This document shows, one piece after another, positions 57,222 through 64,000 of a stretch of 64,000 bases of DNA. This DNA comes from Dicyema japonicum (taxonomy: Eukaryota; Animalia; Dicyemida), in the NCBI GenBank assembly GCA_011109175.1, contig RDEW01000037.1, forward strand, positions 407,600 through 471,599, given 5' to 3'. Both the position numbers and the translations under genes were made by a program. Each line of letters begins with the position of its first letter. Positions within the stretch are counted from its first letter, which is position 1. The notes beneath the pieces are model-generated. The model searched no databases. It had not been told where the DNA came from and saw nothing but the letters and a program-made list of their open reading frames with translations.

Positions 57222-60026
57222 TAACGTCATGTGGTTCGCCGTTTCTGGTGACGAAAACTGTGGAATATACTTCACAGACAAAAGAACCATCCTCTACGTC
57301 CAATCCAAAAGGAATGTCCTTCTTGGACGATCTCTCCACTGGCCTCTCTCTCCTGCCTTGATGGAAGCCCACCTAATGCTTTCCTGCGATGTAAACGCCA
57401 ATCCTGGACCTCGAAAACCCATTATTTTGATTCAACTAAACATAATGGAGTGAAGGGAAGATCCTCGAACTCAAAACCTCTTAAAAGGTATAATACTGAC
57501 ATTTACCTACTCCAAGAAACAAGACTGACTCCGTCTTCTTCCACTCCCGTCTTCCCAAACTATCACGTCATCAGGCGCGACCGACTGCTTACCCTTATCA
57601 AAAATGAAATTCCGTACGCAAACTAAACTTTTGTCAACCTCAAGTCTCCCGTCAAATATATTAGTATTTAGTAATACAAGATATTCGAGTTCATCGGAAA
57701 CATAAACATATTGAATGTGTATGTGCCACCGCCCAACTCATGTCCCAAGGAATTCAGGTTTTCCCTGTCAGACATCGACAAATCAAAAAATATGTTACTT
57801 TGTGGAAACCTAAATGCAAAGCATCCGACATGGTTCAAGAACCTAACATGCGATGTCAGAGGAAACCAATTGTTATCGAATCTGGATGACCTGATAATAT
57901 TAAACAACCCTACATTCAATACAAGGACTCCCTACGAGCGAATGACATGACATCGTCCCCCGATCTCACTCTTGCCTCAACAAACATCGCAACATTAACA
58001 AAATGGACAGTGCTATACGATACCAGCAGTGACCAATCCCGTTATGATTACGTTTGAAGGAAGTGTCAATTGCAAAAAACCTGTTTTATTTACCGACTAC
58101 AAAAATGTCGACTGGAAAAAGTTCTCAAATTTTGTCGACTATTATCTACTTGACTTTCATTTATCCAATTTCAACTCCATCGATAAAGCACTATTTTAAT
58201 AGAGTGGTACGCGAGGGAATAAAAATTTGTATTAAAAGAAGGCCACTGACCTCAAGAGAAAATTCTTCCCCAGAGCCGATCCACTCATAAAAAAATAAAT
58301 TACCTAAAAAGCCTCCAAAAACAATCCTGGGAAACAAGATTGAAAATTCGTACATTAGAAAGAGAGATCAGGAACAATGCAAAGAAGAAACAAGAGAAAG
58401 TTTGGAAAAACCTCATGTCCAATCTAAACAAGCAGAACTCCTATACAAAAATGTGGAAAACACTTAGAAGCGTAATTAACGCTGACAACCCGGCCGCACG
58501 TGATGAAATGGAAAACAAGATCTTCTTAAACAAACTTCTGAAGTACTACTCCTCCACGAGTTTCATCCCATATAAGAAATTCGAAGGTCCATCCATCCTA
58601 GCCCTCAATCCTAAAAGAGTCACCTCCCGATTGTCCTCTCTGTGGAGAACGTATAGAATATGGTCAAGGGTCAAAAACCGATTTATTCCTGTGGTCCGGA
58701 CGGAATTCCTGCAATAGTTCTGAAAAACATAGGCCCCTATGCTATCATGGCCCTCACAAAAATTTTCAACTTTTCAATCAACGAAAATTGTATTCCTTCT
58801 ATATGGAAGCTATCAAACATACGACCAATTCTGAAACCCGGGCGACCAAAGGGATCACCAGCCTCATACAGACCAATATCTCTCCTATGTGTTACATCAA
58901 AACTTTTGGAAAAGCTGATTCTTGAACTAATCAAACCATACTTTCCTGATGCACCTTTTCAACACGGATTCAGAAAAGGACACTCCACAGAAACGCATCT
59001 TACATGCCTTACAAATTTCATCAAGGATGGACTAAAGCGCAAACCTCATCAGAAGTCTTTGTTATGCTCCATCGATATAGAAAAGGCTTTTAATACTGTC
59101 CCAAGAAAGCTTTTGACAAGGAAGATCTTTACGTCAAAAATTCCAAACAACCTGAAAATCTGGATCGCAAATTTCCTAAATGGAAGAAGAGGAAGAGTAA
59201 CTGCTGGAAAAACTAGATCAGTGACCAAGTTCCTTCCAAATGGAGTCCCTCAAGGATCTCCACTTTCACCACACCTATTCAACCTATTCTTGAATAATAT
59301 GCCCTCCCATACCAGTGACGATACTCTGGTTCTGCCATATGCAGATGATATAATCGTCGCACTCAAAGACCAGTGCGTTTACAATACTGTTTACCGGATA
59401 CAAGCTTCATTGGACGATCTGAACTGTTGGCTCGTTAAGAACATTTTACATACAACTCCCAAAAAATCTTATACAACAATTTTCAGAACAAACATAAGAT
59501 TGACAAACTCCGCTCAATGTTTAACCGTAAATGGAATCTCAATCCCCACGACCAACTGGGTCAAGATACTGGGCGTAACTTACGACCCACTCTTGACCTT
59601 CAGCAAACACATCGACAACGTTATCTCTCGGCACAACAACAGCTAAATTTTGTTAAAACACTTCTTGGACAATATAATGGGTGTTTCAACTCAAATTTGG
59701 ACTCCCTCTACGTGCAGTATATTTAACCGTCTCTAACTTACGGGTGTGCTGCATGGGGAACCAACCTATCAAACAGGAATATAGAAAAAATCAATACCTT
59801 CCAAAAACTAAGGTTTGCAAAGGTTTTCTTAAACACCTCTAAACCCTACACCTTTTGAAGAATTAGTGAAGAAAACCGGAGCCTTACTACCCTCCAAAAA
59901 AGTTAGAAACCTTTGGAACCCGGGAAGAACACCGAGCAAGAATGAGATGGCTACTCGAGGCAGCCGGAATCACCTGACGGCTATGTAGTTAATTAATTTG
60001 TCATTTTTGGTTTTTAATAATAATAA
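57222..60026 (+). mobile_element. Full-length but frameshifted Ingi/Vingi-like LINE (second subfamily) with the 5' pseudoknot and a 2A variant
   Basis: 'MWFAVSG..LSCDVNANPGP' (57388-57411), EN remnants, a 328-aa RT ORF (58660-59646), the end 'EEHRARMRWLLEAAGIT*' and a (TAA)n tail. No TSD found. Confidence 0.9.
57225..57290 (+). ncRNA. Second copy of the candidate HDV-like pseudoknot
   Basis: P1 CGTC/GACG, P2 GTGGTTC/GAACCAT, P3 GCC/GGT, P4 CTGTGGA/TTCACAG, J4/2 ACAAAA. Confidence 0.4.
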
Positions 60027-60089
60027 GTCTCCAAATGTATAAATATTATTAATAGCACTTTCGAAGAACCGAAAAAGTAATTTATTTAA

Positions 60090-61330
60090 TTAAGGTTACG
60101 CTTGTGCCGTATTTTTCTTCAGGTTATTCTTTCTCCCACAATTCTCTTATCTAACTTTCTCCATGCTCCACGGTTACTGGCAATTATTCTGAGTGTATTC
60201 AAATTATCTCTTGTTTTCAGCTTTTGTTTTACATTGGTCAGGTCCTTGTGTAGAACCTCTGAGAAAGTTATTCGAGGTTTTCCACGGAACGAGGTTTTCA
60301 TTTCTGGGCAGAAATAGTATTCTATTGCTATTTTAGCATGCGTTATCTGCCTCATCCGAAGGACCAAATAGACGCCATCTTTATTAAAGGAAATCGAGAC
60401 TCAATGGTTTTGCATTACATATTTTGTATAGATTCTTGTTTGTAATTTTTTTGGCCAGTTGATGCCAAACAACAGTCGGAGTTGTTTACGATGGAAGGCA
60501 TCTAGTTTGTCCAATACCGCTTGTGAGACTCCCCAGGTTGCAGCGTTGTACATTAGGACCGGTTTCACGAAGGCATTGTATAGTCTTACACGTAATTGTC
60601 TGCTATTTTGTTTACGATGATTCCAGAATGCTCCCGTTTTTCTAAAGGCCGCGACGGCCAATATTTTCCTGTTTAGTGATATCCTCAGCGTCTCCTAGCA
60701 AAGCCAACCAATTTTTACAGTATCTCCATTTTTCATCAGTTCGGGTTAATTCACGGCGTATGGTTGTTGTTTCCGTCTTTTCCGTATTGATTTTGATGAA
60801 CCATTTTTCTAGCACATTTTTGTCCGTATATAGTTTAATGTTTTTTCGTTGCGACAAGGAAGAATAGAAGTCGTCTAGTTCGTCTCCATTGATTGATACT
60901 CTCACCGTGCATATACATTAATAATGGAGATTATGGAATTGTTCTTTTCACCGTATTTTAATCGTAAAACACATATTCTATCACTCACCCTCCACGTCTT
61001 GTGGATTCGATTGTTCAGTTCTTTTTGTATTGCAAATCCCAGTGTGGGCAATTCGAAAGGTGCAGGATCAGGCGGAAATCATTGTTGATTTCATCTAGTC
61101 CGGCTTTTACTTTCGTTTCCTGTAAGCACGCCATGGTTACCTTGTACGATCCAAGATCCACGCATAAATTTCTTTTTTAGTATCCGACTTTTATCCTCTT
61201 ACATTGAACGAGCTGATAGTGAAAGATCCCGAAGAAAAGCACGAAAAAGACATGTGTGCAATAGAGCCACGTCACCAGCTCAACCAAAATAAAGGTATAA
61301 ATAGCTAAGGCTAATTTCTCCCAAGATTGC
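60090..61330 (-). mobile_element. RTE-like LINE with a large internal deletion (EN joined to RT thumb and C-terminus)
   Basis: EN 'SFNVRG..ACLQETK..SDRICVL..IINVYA' is joined to 'RLYNAFVKPVLMYNAATW..LDAFHRKQLR' and 'RGKPRITF..LNTLRIIASNRGAW'. Confidence 0.75.
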
Positions 61331-61499
61331 ATTCGGTAGTCAATTCGGCCTGACGAATATGGTTTTCGTATAAAAGTAGAATTCTATTCCAGGACCGGTG
61401 AAAGTAAATCTCTCGGTTAACCATTGAGAATCTTGCCACAAACGAATCCAACTTTCTACCATTACTACGTTGGCAAACCGGACAGGTTTCTTCATAAAC

Positions 61500-62050
61500 A
61501 ATAACGGTCATTCGAATGATTCTTCGTTAGAGTACCCCAGGTCCCTTCAAATAAACGAAACAGATGGCTAAAAAACGTACAGCCAAGAGCGGAAGCCGAC
61601 AGGTATATTTGGTTCTGTAGAGAACTAGTAGGAGGGCCCGGACAAGTGAAGAGATGACCTTCTGGTCTTCAAGAAAGCAAGATGGGAATAGTGGAAAGGA
61701 CGATTGTCCAATCCTATACAGATATGAATATAAATTCAAATGATGAGCACAACACAACGTAGGCGCCAAGTGAAAGCGAACTTCCCGCGGCAGGTAGCTT
61801 CGCTTCCGTCAACGATAGGGGAATACGCTCCAGAAGCATGTTTATACCAAGGCTTCTGATGTCTTTAGTGGATATCCAGTCATGAATTGTTTTCTGTCGT
61901 GACTTAGAGGGATCAGTCTCTGGGATGGTTTGTAGAATCCGAATTTGATCACCAAGAGTAGGAATAATTCTCCTTTTGTTTGTGAAGATCAAATGCAGTG
62001 AGCTGAATGTCCCAACGTCGTTAGAGAATACATCACACCAATTTATTTTG
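61500..62050 (-). mobile_element. Vingi-like C-terminal region with a degenerate zinc-finger domain
   Basis: 'EAKLP..LCCAHHLNLYSYLYRIGQSSFPLFPSC' (cf. LPR..R..LAQLRSGH...L.SY..RI....P.CP.C). Confidence 0.6.
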
Positions 62051-62149
62051 TATTAGTTTCTCCACAATATACCGCCATACTGGGTGTCTCTCGTTCTCCT
62101 CGTCTTTCTTTTAGTCAGTCCGAAATCACATAGTTGAAGACTTTCTTTC

Positions 62150-62900
62150 TTCCCTTTTAACGATTTGATCCTGGGGCAATAAATAAATTAAAAGATGGTA
62201 ATAGTCGGAAGCGGGAGTTCTCAAAGGTCACTCAATTAGATCTGGTGGGACAGAAGTCGATGGTGAGCCTGGGTGAGACTCGCATGACGGGTAAAGGGAC
62301 GATTCCGATTGAGTCGAATCTGTAAGCATGTAAGGCAAAATGATGCCCACAACAGAGACCTTCGTTGTTGTCGAACTTAAGGAGGTATGGTATTTCTATT
62401 GATATCTGGTAGTGGACACCGGATAGGTTTGTTACAAATCAGGCTTTTGATGGCATTTGTGGCAATCCAGCCATGTATTGCCTTAAACTGTGAAAATTCT
62501 GTATCAGTAAAAAGTGGAGGATACGGAGTTTGTTTGATGAGAGCTATATTTTTGATGTCGGATAAATTCCAAAGTCTGTGTGCCGGATTATCAGGCATAT
62601 TGCACTTTTCAAAGGAGTGTAGGCCAAATATGAGAAAGTGGTCCCGGATGGGAAGAATCTTAGATTCCCAGTGGAGGTGGTTAGTTGGGGTGCATTTCAG
62701 GATTCAATTGTTATTTTGAGGTCAGAATTATAAACTGCCTGAATTTTTCAGGGTTAGGAGAGATTTCAAAAGCGCCGGAGAAGCCTGTATTAATGTTAAT
62801 CTCCCTTGTTATGTTAATGCCTGAATCAGAACAGGCCTTTCTACAGTGACTCATTTAGGATCCGTTCCCAAGTTGATCACAGACGGCTTCAATCGCACCT
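62150..62900 (-). mobile_element. Ingi/Vingi-like C-terminal region (second zinc-finger-bearing relative)
   Basis: Frameshifted 'GHHFALHAYRF.LNR..P..PSCE' remnant. Confidence 0.5.
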
Positions 62901-63560
62901 TAACCAGGTGTGTAACTGGCTATCCGCAAATATGTTGTCTTTATCTGCATCCAAGTCTCAGTTCACCCTGTTCACTACGGACATGAAATTTAGGGCTATT
63001 CTTTGGAGACATCCTTATTCTTTCTACACGAATCCAGGAGATCATTGGAGTAACTTTCGACTCTTTAATGACGTTTTCCAGTCAGCAGAAGAAGTGTTAA
63101 CCAAGGGGGTTCTAAAGGCTATCATAAAGAAGAGCCCCTCCAACATGCTGCCTGTATCAGTAAACTCTATCTTCAAATTATTGTGCCGACAGTTGAATAT
63201 GCTTATTCCGCCTGGAGATTTGCTCATCATTTATTGAGGATTGAGCGTATAGACACTCTCAGGCATAAAACACATTGCTCATGCAAGCCGACAGCTCACC
63301 CACCACCAGTCTCCTTTCTGAGGAAGCGACACAGAAAAAAACAGGGTTTCCTACGTTTCTGCAAGGAGCTAGGAAACCCATTTAGAGAAAGGGTACCTCT
63401 CACATAGGAATTCTGATAGACCATAAAAGACATCCCGAAGATTTCCTTGCAGACACAAAAGATGGAACTTCCGGAAGACAATTGGGTCGCTGTTCTGGAG
63501 CTAGGGAGACTGGGATCACCTAATTAGTGGGTCTGTTGCTTTAAATAAAAGTTTTAATTT
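62901..63560 (+). mobile_element. Ingi/Vingi-like RT thumb and 3' end
   Basis: 'WLSANMLSLSASKSQFTLFT'; ends 'GIT*' (TAA at 63521-63523) plus an AT-rich tail. Confidence 0.6.
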
Positions 63561-63589
63561 AATATTTATGAATAAATGTAAAAAATACC

Positions 63590-63735
63590 AAGATACGAGA
63601 CAACTACATATACTTTCTGGAGAGCCATGCAGGATTCTCGTCCAAGTCAGATAGGACCTCTCCCACGTCAGTCTAGGTCACTTAGGAACTTTCTTTTTTA
63701 CTTTTAATCCTGTGATCCTGGGTAACAATAATAAA
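63590..63735 (+). mobile_element. Short 3'-terminal LINE fragment of the 45390-46505 family
   Basis: CAGGATTCTCG...GGTCACTTAG..GTGATCCTGGGTAACAATAATAA matches 46370-46505. Confidence 0.65.
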
Positions 63736-64000
63736 AAACAGTACACTAACTCACCATATCCTGGTGATGTCTTTTGGGGAGATTGAAAACATAGAAAGCA
63801 TTTGGATATCATAAAAAAGTAAATTTATTATTTATATACGAAAATAGTACTTCCTGTCCTTAAATGAGCTGATTATTCCATATATGGAAATATTCAACAT
63901 CTGCAATTTCCTCATTTAGTAATATTTCTGCTTATAAGCCGTTTGTGAGTATTTTACTATGAATGTTTATTTTTGTTCTGTTCTTCCACGTTTATAATCA

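Overview
AT-rich eukaryotic nuclear DNA. Four compact host genes lie among nested, mostly decayed transposable elements that fill most of the window. The genes are a puromycin-sensitive M1 aminopeptidase (+, 2038-5033), an MPHOSPH9-like coiled-coil protein (+, 13489-15417), CaMKII with its hub domain (-, 16066-17810) and an animal-type oxidosqualene cyclase (-, 28179-30711). They point to an animal or close holozoan relative (inference). All 62 canonical GT-AG introns I reconstructed by hand are 20-26 nt, and none contains a TE. The TEs include Ingi/Vingi-like single-ORF APE-RT LINEs, RTE-like LINEs, CRE-like RLE elements, a two-ORF LINE, hAT-Buster and pogo remnants, two foldback elements and a tRNA-headed SINE candidate. 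The most striking element is a complete 2874-bp LINE (33380-36253, 16-bp TSD). Its first ~75 nt fold into a covarying HDV-ribozyme-like double pseudoknot that contains the start codon, and a 2A/StopGo motif follows just before the endonuclease. The same module recurs in a divergent element at 57225, and two further 5' remnants carry variant 2A motifs. Three of the four host genes have small lesions (a premature TGA, homopolymer frameshifts, a GT..TG intron) that may be assembly errors. Exon boundaries, TE clades and degenerate-TE coordinates come from manual translation and remembered family motifs, not database searches.
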